Notes: generated from the sequence alone by a model not told the origin. DNA of 64,000 nt from Cyanobacteria bacterium P01_F01_bin.150 (GCA_039189765.1 JBCCYL010000019.1:22038-86037); one strand, 5' to 3'. Positions 20,088 through 31,740 are shown, numbered from the stretch's first letter. Program-made: numbers and translations.

Positions 20088-21414
20088 CATGCCTACCCGT
20101 ATATTTGGAATCTTGGCCCTGCTACTTTGGTTAAGCTGTAGCAGTTGTGCCTCATCCCAAGCCCAGGCAGAAGAACGATTGTTTTTACCCCTCACCGTTG
20201 AGTTTTTGGATGAGTATATTTTGCCAGCATCCGATTATGATGGCACAACCGTGGGGGGACTGTCGGCGATCGCCTATGATCGTCAGCAAGATTTACTCTA
20301 CGCCCTCTCAGACGATCGAGGGAACTTTGCTTCTCCCAGATTCTATACCCTACGCCTCCATGCTACTGAGGATACGAAATCGTCTAATAATTTAGAGTTT
20401 GCCAGCTCCCTAGAGAATGGTGCCTCTAATACAGAACCCAACTTTGTCATTTCCTCAATCGATATCGAAGCCGTTACAACATTAACGCAAGAAAATGGCG
20501 ATGCGTTTCCAACAGATACGATTGATCCAGAAGGATTAGTATTGTCCCCTAATCGAACCCTATTTATTGCCAGCGAAGGGGTAACGAGTGAGCGTCTTGC
20601 GCCCTGGGTGGATGAGTTTGACCTCAGCACTGGTCAACGATTGCGCCGTTTACCGATTCCTCGCCAATATCAACCAGCGGCCCCTGCTGAAGCAGCATCA
20701 GAGAACCCAAATACCAGTCAGGCTGATAGTTCCATCAATAGTCCCCCAATAGGAGTCCAAAATAATAAGGGGTTTGAAGCCCTCGCTCTCAGTGCCTCAG
20801 GCATGGGAGTCGGAAATGATGAACCCTTTCGGGTATTTGCGGGCCTTGAAAACCCATTAATTCAAGATTCCGATATCGTAGCTACCGAAGCTCTCCAACC
20901 AGGGCGTATCATTCACTATGTCGTTAGCCCTGATCGAGCTTTTATATTAGCTGAGCATGTTTATCCCATCGATCCACTGCCATTTGGAGCCGTGACCACT
21001 GGCTTGGTCGAACTGTTGGCCTTGGGGCCAAGTGGTGATTTCTTGAGCTTGGAACGCTCCTATGGCCTGGGGGGTACCCGAGCCAAACTATTCCAAACCA
21101 CCTTTGCCGATGCCACCGATACCATCAGCCTCTTGCGGCTTGCCCCCAATGCAGTTCCAGCCTCTGAGGGAGTGTTGGCAGACGATAGTCCCCAAGCTTG
21201 GCTAGATGGGATTCAACCAATGCGCAAGAAACTGGTGCTTGACCTTTATGATTTGGGTATTACCCTCGATAATTTAGAAGGCATGACGCTGGGACCTAGA
21301 CTTTCAGACGGTAGCCAAAGCCTACTTTTAATGAGCGACAACAATTTCAACTCCGACGAACAGGTCACCCAATTTCTATTGTTTCGCATCAAGGGACTGC
21401 CACCGATGCTTTAG
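20088..21414 (+). CDS. Esterase-like activity of phytase family protein (exported)
   Basis: Signal/lipoprotein-like N-terminus, GGLSAIAYD, ALSDDRG, DPEG, NKGFEAL, DNLEGM and SDNNF; start uncertain. Confidence 0.85.
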
Positions 21415-21417
21415 TAT

Positions 21418-22506
21418 CTAGTGGCGTTCGATCGCGAGTTGGACAAGGCGGTCTACCAGTTCAGGAAACGGAATGCCCGTCGCGTCCCAGAGCATCGGGT
21501 ACATGCTGGTAGCGGTAAATCCCGGCATTGTATTAATCTCGTTAATTAAGACGTCCCCCGTTGACTCCACATAGAAAAAATCGACGCGGCTCAGACCGGC
21601 ACAATCCAAAGATTGAAAGGCCTGAATAGCTCGCTCCTGAATTGTATTAACAATCGCCTCTGGTAGGGGAGCGGGAATATGGAGCTGGGCCAACCCCTCA
21701 GTATACTTTGTTTCATAATCGTAAAAATCACTATCGAAGGTGATTTCGCCGATTACTGACGCCTCAGGATGATCGTTACCCAGCACCGCACATTCAACTT
21801 CCCGCGCATTTACTCCAGCTTCTACAATCAGCCGCCGATCGTAGGTCGCAGCTTCATCTAAGGCTTTCTCAAGTTCATCGCGCGATCGCACCTTAAAAAT
21901 TCCCACCGAGGAGCCAAGATTGGCAGGCTTAACAAAACAGGGGTAGCCAATTTTTTCTTCAAGGCGATCGCACACCTTTGGAAAAACACAGGCATTTGAC
22001 CATACTTCTGCCCGAGTCACCGCTGCATACTTTACCTGGGGCAAATCCGCCTGGGCAAAGGCCATCTTCATCGCTAGCTTATCCATACCCATAGAAGATG
22101 CTAGCAGTCCTGGCCCCACATGGGGCACATTCATAAGCTGGAACAGCCCTTGCATCGAGCCGTCTTCACCATTAGGTCCATGGAGAATCGGAAACCACAC
22201 CGCCACATCTGATGCCTCTGCGGGAAACTTCCAATGTTCTTGAGACGTTTTAGAAGCCTTAGTAGAGTCAGTTGTGGTCTCTTGGTCTGGTGCCACACCC
22301 GCTGTCAATACAGCTTGAGACGCATCACGGGATTGCCAAACGCCGCTGCGATTAATATAAAAGGGACGGACATCGTATTTGCGAGGGTTGTCGTCGGATT
22401 GGAGTCCAGATGCGATCGCTTGAGCCGACCGAATAGATACATCGTGCTCACCGGACTGGCCACCAAACAGTAGACCAACAATGATTTTTCCCGATGTCTG
22501 TGCCAT
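21418..22506 (-). CDS. ddl: D-alanine--D-alanine ligase
   Basis: [37 protein letters not shown] and [10 protein letters not shown] motifs. Confidence 0.96.
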   Translation of the reverse strand: MAQTSGKIIVGLLFGGQSGEHDVSIRSAQAIASGLQSDDNPRKYDVRPFYINRSGVWQSRDASQAVLTAGVAPDQETTTDSTKASKTSQEHWKFPAEASDVAVWFPILHGPNGEDGSMQGLFQLMNVPHVGPGLLASSMGMDKLAMKMAFAQADLPQVKYAAVTRAEVWSNACVFPKVCDRLEEKIGYPCFVKPANLGSSVGIFKVRSRDELEKALDEAATYDRRLIVEAGVNAREVECAVLGNDHPEASVIGEITFDSDFYDYETKYTEGLAQLHIPAPLPEAIVNTIQERAIQAFQSLDCAGLSRVDFFYVESTGDVLINEINTMPGFTATSMYPMLWDATGIPFPELVDRLVQLAIERH

Positions 22507-22582
22507 TAACCGCCTTCCCTCTAAACAAAATGTAACGACACTCTACCAAAATTCAGGTAGCGTAAGCGTCCATTTATTTAAT

Positions 22583-23155
22583 TTAGGAGGGGACGGCACA
22601 TTCCTCGTTTGATCCAGTTCGAGTTGCTCCCAACAACGATCGAATAATCACACACTTTTTCACACCATCTTTATCTGGAATTCGAACATTAATGTAGATA
22701 GGTAAATTCACATCAGCAATTCCGCCTGTAGAGGTAAAGCTAATGGAATTTTCAAGCTTAGTCCATTGTGGATTGTTGTCATCATCAGTTGTCGATTCCA
22801 AAACCTCTAGAGCAACCATTCCATCCAAATCACCTTCTCCTATCTTAGATGAAATACCGTTACTGTTAATGTAGGAGGTGTTTGTGTTTTCATCAAACTC
22901 AAATTTAAGGGTACGCGTTCTGCGAGTTCGCTTTGCGTCTGCTTGGGCAGAGCGAATCGATTGCAGCACTTGGTCGGTGGCGCGGTTAGCTCGTTGGCGA
23001 TTGGCGAAGGCTAGCCAGCTGGGGGCGGCGATCGCCGCCAAGATTCCCAGAATAGCAACTACAACAATCACCTCTAAAATCGTCATCCCTTTAGTAGAAG
23101 ACGATTTTAATAAAGAGTAATTTTTTATCAGTCTCATATGCTTCAGAACCTCCAT
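22583..23155 (-). CDS. Type IV minor pilin/pseudopilin (FimT/GspH-like; HpsD-like position)
   Basis: Prepilin site KG|MTILEVIVVVAILGILAAIAAPSW. Confidence 0.85.
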   Translation of the reverse strand: MEVLKHMRLIKNYSLLKSSSTKGMTILEVIVVVAILGILAAIAAPSWLAFANRQRANRATDQVLQSIRSAQADAKRTRRTRTLKFEFDENTNTSYINSNGISSKIGEGDLDGMVALEVLESTTDDDNNPQWTKLENSISFTSTGGIADVNLPIYINVRIPDKDGVKKCVIIRSLLGATRTGSNEECAVPS

Positions 23156-23210
23156 AGATTGATCGTGCGGTTTTTCTAAATTGCACAGTGAGTAAGTTGC
23201 GATCGCTGTC

Positions 23211-24158
23211 CTAATTCCCTTCGAGTAATCCTCTTGAAAAAACTCTAGCTTCTAAAGATGGAAGAAAAGACGTATCGGTCATCAGCCCAGACCGACCTTT
23301 GGCATTTCCATGGAGAAACAACACAACATCTTGATTACCAAAACCTGCCGCAGTAGCAGAAGAGCGGGTATTAATACACGCATAAAAACCACCTGCAGGG
23401 GTAGCAGAGGGGGTCGCCTCATAACCGGTTGAACAGGGTGGTGTAAAAGCGCCAGCAGAATAATCGACAAAGTCAATCAGTATTTCTGGCTCAGGCAACG
23501 TTACGTTTGTTTCCTCAAAAGGCCACCCTGAGTCATCATCTGGTGCAGCTCTAACAAAGCTAATTAGTGTTTGGCCAACAGGACTGACATAATTACTGGT
23601 CGCTGAGCCATCTTCAACCAATTCATACCGTAAGATACCGCCTTTACCTTGCCAAAGATCATCACTGGTATTTTGGCTGAAGGCATAGATGACTAAAGAG
23701 TATGAATGACCAGAGAAGCAAGCAACACGCTCCTGCACCGTAGCCCGTGGGTTTACACAATCTTCTTTAATGGTCTGGGAGAGCGGTTGTTGCTTCCAAA
23801 ACGCTAGGACAGGTGTCGGAGCAGTAGCTTCATTCGGATGGTCGGGCAATGTTACCAAAGCACTAACATTTGCCCACTCTGTAGGCGTATAGACGTGCAA
23901 TGCTTGCTTGATTTCAGTAGACATAAAATCTAACGCTAATTGCAAATCGCGTTGCGTTTCTGTTCGATTTGATTCCCTTGTATCAGACGTTAACAGTTCA
24001 TTTGTCAAATATAGTAAGCCGGTGATGATACCGCCTGCGATTAACACTGTGACTAATAGTTCGATCAGGGTAAAGCCTTGCTTTCTTTTTAATTGCGGCT
24101 TGCTACAGTAAATAAATATGAAATGACCGTAAAACGTTTTCAGTTTTTCTAAAGACAT
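23211..24158 (-). CDS. Type IV minor pilin/pseudopilin (PilW-like; HpsC-like position)
   Basis: QG|FTLIELLVTVLIAG prepilin motif; PVLAFW. Confidence 0.85.
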   Translation of the reverse strand: MSLEKLKTFYGHFIFIYCSKPQLKRKQGFTLIELLVTVLIAGGIITGLLYLTNELLTSDTRESNRTETQRDLQLALDFMSTEIKQALHVYTPTEWANVSALVTLPDHPNEATAPTPVLAFWKQQPLSQTIKEDCVNPRATVQERVACFSGHSYSLVIYAFSQNTSDDLWQGKGGILRYELVEDGSATSNYVSPVGQTLISFVRAAPDDDSGWPFEETNVTLPEPEILIDFVDYSAGAFTPPCSTGYEATPSATPAGGFYACINTRSSATAAGFGNQDVVLFLHGNAKGRSGLMTDTSFLPSLEARVFSRGLLEGN

Positions 24159-24221
24159 TGTCTTAACCTCAGCAGACGGATAGGGCAGATAGTTTTTCGA
24201 TCCCGATACAAGGCATGAGTA

Positions 24222-24959
24222 TTACTTGCAATCAGCATCATCCAATGAATAAAATTGACAGATAGAGTTATCTGCGTCTCCCTGATTGACACTGGTGAAA
24301 AGAACCGCTAAAGGTCTACGGCTCTGATTGCCTTGCCCCGTAGTATATTTCAATGATGCTTCTTGAACATCTTCATCAGTTAAATTACCTAGATTAGCTT
24401 TGACACTAGCTGCAAAAACCCTCACGCCAATCTGGAATTTATCCGGTTGTGCTACACCTGCCTCAGAAGGATCTTCCGTGCGAAAAACCTGCATATAAAA
24501 ATCAGCAGTACAATCTGCATCCATATCGACAGGCACAAGTGTTAATGCATCGGCAAGCGGTTTTCCTTCATATTGATTGCAGGATGATTTAACGGATTTC
24601 ATTGGCGTATTTACATCATCTGTTTTCGGTGGAGCAACATCTTCTAATCCCCCACTGATGGCAAACGGAAGGTTTAATGCTTTATTATGCTGATCTTGTT
24701 CAACCAAGGTGCGAACCCGATCAATTTCTGATTGAGCGACTTGTAGTGCTTGTTCTGCGCGCCGATTTTGCACTCGCGTTGCAGCCGTTAAAAACATGGG
24801 AGGAAGCATCATTGCCCCGGTTATCGCAATAACGACAATAGCGACTAGCGCCTCGATCAAGGATAAACCCTGATCAGACGTAACATTATATTTTTTATGG
24901 CCTAAACGGGTAGAAAAACTCAAGGATTTCAAGAACAAGGGAATTTTTGATTTAAGCAT
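24222..24959 (-). CDS. Type IV minor pilin/pseudopilin (PilV-like; HpsB-like position)
   Basis: QG|LSLIEALVAIVVI; ATRVQNRRAEQALQVAQSEIDRVR. Confidence 0.85.
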   Translation of the reverse strand: MLKSKIPLFLKSLSFSTRLGHKKYNVTSDQGLSLIEALVAIVVIAITGAMMLPPMFLTAATRVQNRRAEQALQVAQSEIDRVRTLVEQDQHNKALNLPFAISGGLEDVAPPKTDDVNTPMKSVKSSCNQYEGKPLADALTLVPVDMDADCTADFYMQVFRTEDPSEAGVAQPDKFQIGVRVFAASVKANLGNLTDEDVQEASLKYTTGQGNQSRRPLAVLFTSVNQGDADNSICQFYSLDDADCK

Positions 24960-25123
24960 GGGAAAAAAGAGAAATTAGAAATCTTTAAAGCAATAGCCCT
25001 CAGCATTTTTTGAGGAATCACGATCAATCCAACTTAGTTGGTCGTTCATTTTAGGTGAGTATTGAGGACATAAAATGCCCTCAATACAGCTAATCTTGTT
25101 TCGCCTCAAAACGCACTCTCATG

Positions 25124-28100
25124 TTAAGGCGCTGGGCATATGGCACCTTCTCCTTCCAGCGTCCGGCAAAGATTATAGATGTAGGGATCATTAACAGGGG
25201 GTTCAGTATAAAACTCGCTGCGACTAGAATCCGGAGAAATCAACCGACTTGCGATGGGACCTGCCGGAGCAAATTGAAGCGCCACATCATAGCCCCATGC
25301 GCGTCCGGGCGGATTGTAGTACTCGTGGAAAATTGCCTGAGTTGTATCCTCAGTTAAAGACGAAGTAGGAGTACTAGTAACAGGACGAGGTTCCCATACT
25401 AGTTGATCGTAGGGAGCTGTTGCCAAACGGCTAAAGTCTAATTGATAGAAAGCTCCCTGAATAATGGCAGAAACAGAACCATTATCATCCTCCCATGATT
25501 CAATAAAGCGGGGGAAATTATGAAGACCTCCATAGGACTGAGTTTCGCGGGATGGAATAATCCGACTGTACAAACCCGCATTGACTGTTGTCCTAGTCCC
25601 AGGGAGAAGACGATTGTCTCGATTCCCCCTGATCCCACCAAAATTGCCAGCAAATTCACCTGTTCCTCCAGAGACTGCCGGATTACCACTAGGGCGTATA
25701 ACATATGGTGTTGAGGTTCCTCCTCCTTGCCTAACCCATGATGCATCAGCAGGCAATGGTTGGTTTAGATAAGACGTCGTCTCAAGGGAAGAATTGCATC
25801 CATACTTCGTATCGACATTGGACACTTGCTTGGTCGTACTACCGACAAACTCAAAGATATCTGCAACACTACCATCACAAAAATTGTTAGACAGGATGGT
25901 CACGGCATCAGACATAACTTCAGCAGAACGCCAGCTATCTCCATCGGGTGTCGCAAAATTTTCATCTAGCTTGGTAGGGTCGGCTCCTCTACCATAGAAA
26001 TCATCGTAGGTCGCCAAATCTAGCTTGTCTGTAAATTCTTGAAGTTGCTTGTTTGGATCTTCTAGATTGCTGCCAAGAGACTGGTGCCAGTTAAAATCAC
26101 CGGAAATATATACCGGATCGTCAGAAATAAAGGCTATGCCTACACCATTATCATCATCTCGATCAAGACGCTTGCCTCGCTTCAAGCGGAAGCCATAGGG
26201 CCTCCGATCGGGGTCAGCATAGTAGTCAATTGGCTTTAAACTAATCCCATTTGTAGCCAGAGGTGGATCTGTGGCATCCTCACTCATCAACGCAAAGTCA
26301 GGATCCGCAGCGTTCATTTGGCAATCACCAGTACTCTGCAAGATGATATCGTTGCTGCATGTGCCTGCACTAGCCCCTCCAGTGGCGGGGCGCACAATAG
26401 AGTCTTCTCGTAAAGCATCTTCACGGAAGGCATAAATAATTCCTCCTTCGCCGACTGTCGGATCTCCGAGGGGTAACCAATAGTCACCGGTTCCAAATTC
26501 TGACTGCCTTAGGAGATCCATGTTCAAATCCAGGGTTCGGACAGACATCAGTTGGCGGCCATCATACAGGGCTGAATCTTTGAAGCCAACTCGAACGGTC
26601 CGAGTGCCTGTTGCACCAGGACTACATACCTCATCTTCACAGACGATCAAGACATCCCCATTATTATTGGGGGCATTACCGGCATACCCAACACCAGCGG
26701 GATTAAGGTCAGAAGGCAGTGCCCAGGAACCTCGTGCTTTGGGCTTGAGGGCGATTGCAGCTGGATTAACCTCTGCATAATTGTATGAGGCATTTTCCCC
26801 GCTGATATAACCGTCATAAGGGCGTGCAACTTCATCCCCTCTAGTTGTATCAGCGTGGGAGTCTTCAGGAAAGAGAGAATAAAGAATCGGATATTTATGA
26901 CCACTGGGACAAAGAGCTGCTAGCGCAGGCAAGTCTAATGCAGCCATTTCGGCTGGACAAAAGTTCAGATCTGATGCAGATGGCTCATAACCACTATTTA
27001 GATCTAGTTCAACCTGTTCTTTGGTCGCAATAAAACGAGCGAGCGTCGAGTTAGGATCGAACGTTGTGTTTAGGCTCTTCAGAAGTGACTCATTGATCTC
27101 ACCATAGTTAAATGTTGTCAAGTAGTTAACGTTGTATGCCAACATACCCAACATACAGGCAGACGTTTGGAGAGTCGTCTTATCCGCTGGGCTTAAACTG
27201 GCGTAGTTACTTGAACCATCTAAAATTCGACGGAGAATCGAAAAATCACCCCACTTCGCCATTTCAGGATAGGGATGCTGCACCCCATCCGTCTGAATAG
27301 CATTGAAGGAGGGTGCTCCACCGTTAGGATCACCTGCAAAATGGGCTAAATTCTTTAGTGCTTTGCTCATCGCACTAGACGAATCTGATAAGTTAAAATT
27401 ACCCGCAGTAAAGCTAGGAGCCTCAAATTCCCATCCATTGGTCCCGTAGCCATTGAAAAAGTCACTAATCATTAGGGGATAGGCTGGATTTGTTCCCCCT
27501 TCCGCCAAATTCAAAAATGTTGCAGCATTTTCCAGCGTTTCAGGCGTTCCTGGATGGACAGTTGTGGCCAAACAGGCCAATGGCTGGTCATTATCTGTTG
27601 CAGACCCTCTAGGATTAGCGTGATAGACAGCGGTTGCTTGAACCGCAGATAAGTTGTCATCCCAGGTGCGCCGCTGCCGAGCTTCATGACAGCGACCTTC
27701 ATTATTTCCACCTACATCACAGCTAGTGCCATCAAAGACCTCCAGAGGCTCAGATAATTCTAGGCGTTGACCAACGATAACCCGCATGCCCTCAACGCGT
27801 GCGCGATTCTCCCAATACCCATCCAAAGCAACACCTGTGGGATCATCGGGATAAGCCGTAGAACCAGAAGCAAAAATTTCTGCATTGTCGGCTGCTGTAA
27901 GAACATCCCCAGCATTCTTCCCCAAATCCGCAAGGGTCACTAAACCATCGCCTTCTGTGTCGTAGGCTGGAGCTGGACCCGCACGATTATCGGCTCTATA
28001 AACATCATCCGCCTGAGTTGTATCACTCTCATTAGTCACAATTTGGGAGTCAAACCGGTTAGCTCGATTATCCACCTCTGTGTCAGCAGGTTCCCAGTCT

Positions 28101-29515
28101 CCTTCCTGTACAGCTTTTGCATAGTCATCATCCTTTCCCGATGCCAGCCCTCTGGGAGTGAGCTTATTCTCGGTGATTAAACTAACCGCATCTGGAGCTA
28201 ATAATGAACTAATCGTGGTCGGATCATTCTTTTTTACTGAATGATTGCCTTGATTAACTTGGGCCTTCTCTTCTACAGTTCTGAGTGGAACTTTGCCAAT
28301 TTCTTGAAAAACATGGAGGTTGGCTTGATTTCCCTCATCTTTATCGTCTACTCGTCCACTGATAATTTGACCATTGGTTTCACCAAAGACAATTTCTGAG
28401 TCCTCCGCTGATGTGTTTAAGCAGGAGTGTTCAGAACTAATTAGAAATGCTTCGAACTTAGCAGGCTTGCCAATCAAAATGTTGCTATCAGTGTGAATCG
28501 CTCCATTCCAATTAAACTTTGGACCAGGGAATACTTCGAAGTCGTTGCGGAACCATGCTCCCCACTTATTGCCGGTATTAATCTTTCGATCTTGATGAAA
28601 CTCAATAGTTGCCACTGTTCCTGTACTGTCAACCATCAAATCCCCATTTGGATCTTCTGGCTCAATCGCAGGAACAACAACAGCATTGACTTGAAAATTC
28701 TTAACTCTTTCTGCAGTGCTTGTAGAACCCTGTAGCCATCCAGCGATAGGATTTGAAGTGATGTTCTTACATTTGGGACCTTTAGCCGCCAAACTAAGAG
28801 GCCCATGACGAACCTGTAGAGAATTCGCCCGATTTTGAACCGCTGGATCCCTCGTATCCTCTAGTTCATCAATGTCGGCAGGTGTATCGAACAGGATTGA
28901 ATAAGCAACCCAGGCATCAGGCAACCCATTGCCATCGGTATCAGCTTTAAATTTCCATGCATTGTCGTCTCCGTCTCCATCCAGATCTATACGCTCTTCT
29001 TCTGAGTTAAATGAGGTTTCATCATCGTCAGGAAACGTATATGGATCGGTAACAGGAGTCCCATCTAAAAGCAGGGGCTTGTAAGCAGGTAAGGTGATAC
29101 CATCATTTAGCATCATCGCATGGAGCCTGTCTTCACCATTGACTCGTTTCTTTAAAAAACGATCATCTTTGTCAAAAAGAAGCTCAAGTTTTGCTTTTGC
29201 TCGATCAATCGCTGGCGTAGCCGCATTGTAAATCACTTGTTGCTGTCTCTGCCCAATAGTTTGTTGCGTTCTAGAGAGCGTTCTAAGACTGATAGAACCA
29301 ACGGCTAAAGACACAACCAAGAGGAGCAAAACTGTAGTTGGCAGAATAAATCCCGCCGAGCGCTGTAGACGCGGATGATTTATCGTAAAACGGAACAAAA
29401 ATCTAATAAGTTGGCCCACTAGACGAGCCATTAGTCTTGTGCAACCACCTGAATCAGAATTGATAACGCACTTCAACCAATTCTGAATTGCCAGGAACTG
29501 CTTACGAATCAACAT
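25124..29515 (-). CDS. hpsA: HpsA-like large pilin-associated protein (hormogonium polysaccharide/motility locus)
   Basis: SAG|FILPTTVLLLLVV prepilin-like segment, NAATPAIDRAKAKL, NKWGAWFRND, GMRVIVGQRLEL, YGGLHNFPRFIE and RAWGYDVAL; first gene of a four-gene pilin cluster. Confidence 0.82.
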   Translation of the reverse strand: MLIRKQFLAIQNWLKCVINSDSGGCTRLMARLVGQLIRFLFRFTINHPRLQRSAGFILPTTVLLLLVVSLAVGSISLRTLSRTQQTIGQRQQQVIYNAATPAIDRAKAKLELLFDKDDRFLKKRVNGEDRLHAMMLNDGITLPAYKPLLLDGTPVTDPYTFPDDDETSFNSEEERIDLDGDGDDNAWKFKADTDGNGLPDAWVAYSILFDTPADIDELEDTRDPAVQNRANSLQVRHGPLSLAAKGPKCKNITSNPIAGWLQGSTSTAERVKNFQVNAVVVPAIEPEDPNGDLMVDSTGTVATIEFHQDRKINTGNKWGAWFRNDFEVFPGPKFNWNGAIHTDSNILIGKPAKFEAFLISSEHSCLNTSAEDSEIVFGETNGQIISGRVDDKDEGNQANLHVFQEIGKVPLRTVEEKAQVNQGNHSVKKNDPTTISSLLAPDAVSLITENKLTPRGLASGKDDDYAKAVQEGDWEPADTEVDNRANRFDSQIVTNESDTTQADDVYRADNRAGPAPAYDTEGDGLVTLADLGKNAGDVLTAADNAEIFASGSTAYPDDPTGVALDGYWENRARVEGMRVIVGQRLELSEPLEVFDGTSCDVGGNNEGRCHEARQRRTWDDNLSAVQATAVYHANPRGSATDNDQPLACLATTVHPGTPETLENAATFLNLAEGGTNPAYPLMISDFFNGYGTNGWEFEAPSFTAGNFNLSDSSSAMSKALKNLAHFAGDPNGGAPSFNAIQTDGVQHPYPEMAKWGDFSILRRILDGSSNYASLSPADKTTLQTSACMLGMLAYNVNYLTTFNYGEINESLLKSLNTTFDPNSTLARFIATKEQVELDLNSGYEPSASDLNFCPAEMAALDLPALAALCPSGHKYPILYSLFPEDSHADTTRGDEVARPYDGYISGENASYNYAEVNPAAIALKPKARGSWALPSDLNPAGVGYAGNAPNNNGDVLIVCEDEVCSPGATGTRTVRVGFKDSALYDGRQLMSVRTLDLNMDLLRQSEFGTGDYWLPLGDPTVGEGGIIYAFREDALREDSIVRPATGGASAGTCSNDIILQSTGDCQMNAADPDFALMSEDATDPPLATNGISLKPIDYYADPDRRPYGFRLKRGKRLDRDDDNGVGIAFISDDPVYISGDFNWHQSLGSNLEDPNKQLQEFTDKLDLATYDDFYGRGADPTKLDENFATPDGDSWRSAEVMSDAVTILSNNFCDGSVADIFEFVGSTTKQVSNVDTKYGCNSSLETTSYLNQPLPADASWVRQGGGTSTPYVIRPSGNPAVSGGTGEFAGNFGGIRGNRDNRLLPGTRTTVNAGLYSRIIPSRETQSYGGLHNFPRFIESWEDDNGSVSAIIQGAFYQLDFSRLATAPYDQLVWEPRPVTSTPTSSLTEDTTQAIFHEYYNPPGRAWGYDVALQFAPAGPIASRLISPDSSRSEFYTEPPVNDPYIYNLCRTLEGEGAICPAP

Positions 29516-30395
29516 AGTGATGTCACCTTCTGCAAAGAGCACCGAATAAGTAAAAACAAACAGCACAGACAAGAGCTGTTACGCAAACTCCACCATTAAC
29601 TTTTATGTCTGCGCCTCTAAATCTCTGAATATAAAAAGTTGAGTCAAATTTAGTTCAGACTCAAATGCGAAACTATTCAATTTATTCACCCCTAGGTCGT
29701 AAAAAGAAGATTTGCACTACTCTCAATCCGTAAGTGAGTCTCCGTATAAACCGAGACAACATGCTTAGAGGTGTGTCTCACACAACATCACTTTGCGATC
29801 GCCAAGGCTCAACCGCCAGTGAAAAATTTAGCCTAGTCTAAAAGCAGAAATGCACCGATAAGAGTATAGCGCATTTTACCGAGTTTTTACTGAGAGAGGC
29901 TCAGGCATAAGCTCTTATTTATGCTTACTTCATAAAAAATATCCGGATGACTTGTAGGAATTATGTAGACGTAAACTTATCTTTAAATGTTCCACAGGCA
30001 TGAAAGGAGGAGGATTACAAAGTCTTGCATGGTCGCAAGTACGTAGTGATCGGTGTAGCTTTGGATACTTTCGGGTTAGGCTGTAGAACTCAAGTCAGCG
30101 TTACTTTTAATGATTGGTCAGTAGAGGCTCCATGATTCAGCATATTCGCGTTGATTGTCGATCTAAAATGCCAGAATGATATATTGAGTTCGTCTAAACT
30201 GCTTTTCAGTGAGGTTTGTCTCAATTCCTAGTAACGCATTCCCCCTCTCTGTCCATACGTGCTTTTCTGGACAGTTGTTCATGTATTAGCAGCGATTTAG
30301 AGTCCCGAGACAAAAGGTGAGTTTGGTGAGTTTAGCGACTAATATTTAGATGAAAGGGTATTACTACCCAAATCGAGTATTGTGATGCGAGACTA

Positions 30396-30436
30396 GATTA
30401 TCCCGTAATACCTAGTTGAGGTATTACGGGATAATC
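30396..30436. promoter_or_regulatory. Perfect 18-bp inverted repeat just upstream of the Hint-gene RBS
   Basis: GATTATCCCGTAATACCT-AGTTG-AGGTATTACGGGATAATC. Confidence 0.6.
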
Positions 30437-30464
30437 CAAAGTTTATATAAGGAGTTAATTGGCG

Positions 30465-31688
30465 ATGGCAGCAGCTGGTGATATCGCGTTTGTTGGTTTT
30501 AATGCTGATGGAAATGATGGTTTCTCTATTGTTGTTGTCTCTGAATTGGACGGCTCAGCGGAACCACTCGAAATCAACTTTACTGATAATGAGTGGGAGG
30601 GTTCGGCTTTTGCCGATTTAAATGAAGGCATTTTGTCATGGACAATTGACGGTGTAATCCCAGCCAACACCGTCATAAATTTTACTAATGTTTCTACAAC
30701 GCCTGAGATCAGTAGTGATTTGGAAACATCTGTTGGAACCGTCACTGGTTTGATGAATATTACAACCGCCAATGAGGCTCTATATGCGGTTGAGGGAATC
30801 GTGAGTGAGATTGAGGCTCCAACCAGTTTTCTTGCGGCGATCGCAAACGATTCCGACATCTTAAATTTAGACAATACTGGTTTAACGCTAGGCCAAACGG
30901 CTGTGGAAATTAGCGGAGATGCAGATTTTTTAGTCTACATAGGCGATCGGAATATGAATGCGTCTGAGCTTCTTGCCAGTATTAATAATTCTGCGAATTG
31001 GGAAATTGAAGATGGTCCAGGAGATCAGAGTAATGATGGTATTGGTCGAGACTTACCGTTTGAATCTGAACCATTTGAATGTTTTTTGACAGGAACTCGG
31101 TTATTGACAGACATAGGGGAAAAGCGGGTGGAGGAGTTGGCGATTGGCGATCGCCTTCAAACCCTTGATGGCACCCTAGAGAAAATCAAATGGATCGGCA
31201 TCCAAACCTGCTACAACAACGATAAAACGAATCATCCTCTACGAACCTACCCGATTAAGGTCAAAGCAGGAGCACTAGGGCCAAACTGCCCCATTCGAGA
31301 TCTGTATGTTTCTCCTGACCATGCGCTCTTGGTGGAGGGGATTTTAGTCAACGCTGGGGCAATGGAAAATGGTGATTCTATTGTGCAAATTCAGCCTACA
31401 GACGAAGCCTTTATTTACTATCACATCGAACTAGAACGTCATAGCATTTTGATTGCAGATGGTGCACCTGCAGAGAGTTATCTACCTCAAAAGCAAGACC
31501 GCAACACCTTTGATAATGGTGCAGAATACAGGGCAATGTATCCCGATAGCAATATGCAGGCCCTCCTGCCAATGAACTATCCACGAGTCAGCAGCAAGCG
31601 CCAATTACCTCGCTTTATCGCAAAGCATATTGCAAAGTGTATTTCCACACATAAAGGGCGAGCGCAAACCACTAAAACTCACGTATAG
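30465..31688 (+). CDS. Hint (bacterial intein-like) domain protein
   Basis: Acidic N-domain (GDIAFVGFNADG); the Hint domain starts E|CFLTGT (Cys codon 31080-31082), includes VSPDH and ends YYHIELERHSILIADGAPAESY; AGGAG RBS at 30450-30454. Confidence 0.88.
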   Translation: MAAAGDIAFVGFNADGNDGFSIVVVSELDGSAEPLEINFTDNEWEGSAFADLNEGILSWTIDGVIPANTVINFTNVSTTPEISSDLETSVGTVTGLMNITTANEALYAVEGIVSEIEAPTSFLAAIANDSDILNLDNTGLTLGQTAVEISGDADFLVYIGDRNMNASELLASINNSANWEIEDGPGDQSNDGIGRDLPFESEPFECFLTGTRLLTDIGEKRVEELAIGDRLQTLDGTLEKIKWIGIQTCYNNDKTNHPLRTYPIKVKAGALGPNCPIRDLYVSPDHALLVEGILVNAGAMENGDSIVQIQPTDEAFIYYHIELERHSILIADGAPAESYLPQKQDRNTFDNGAEYRAMYPDSNMQALLPMNYPRVSSKRQLPRFIAKHIAKCISTHKGRAQTTKTHV

Positions 31689-31707
31689 TGGCTTTCTAAA
31701 AAATAAT

Positions 31708-31740
31708 TGAGGGGATAATCACTCAAGGCTTGTCCCCTCA
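31708..31740. terminator. Hairpin between convergent genes
   Basis: TGAGGGGATAA...TTGTCCCCTCA. Confidence 0.5.
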
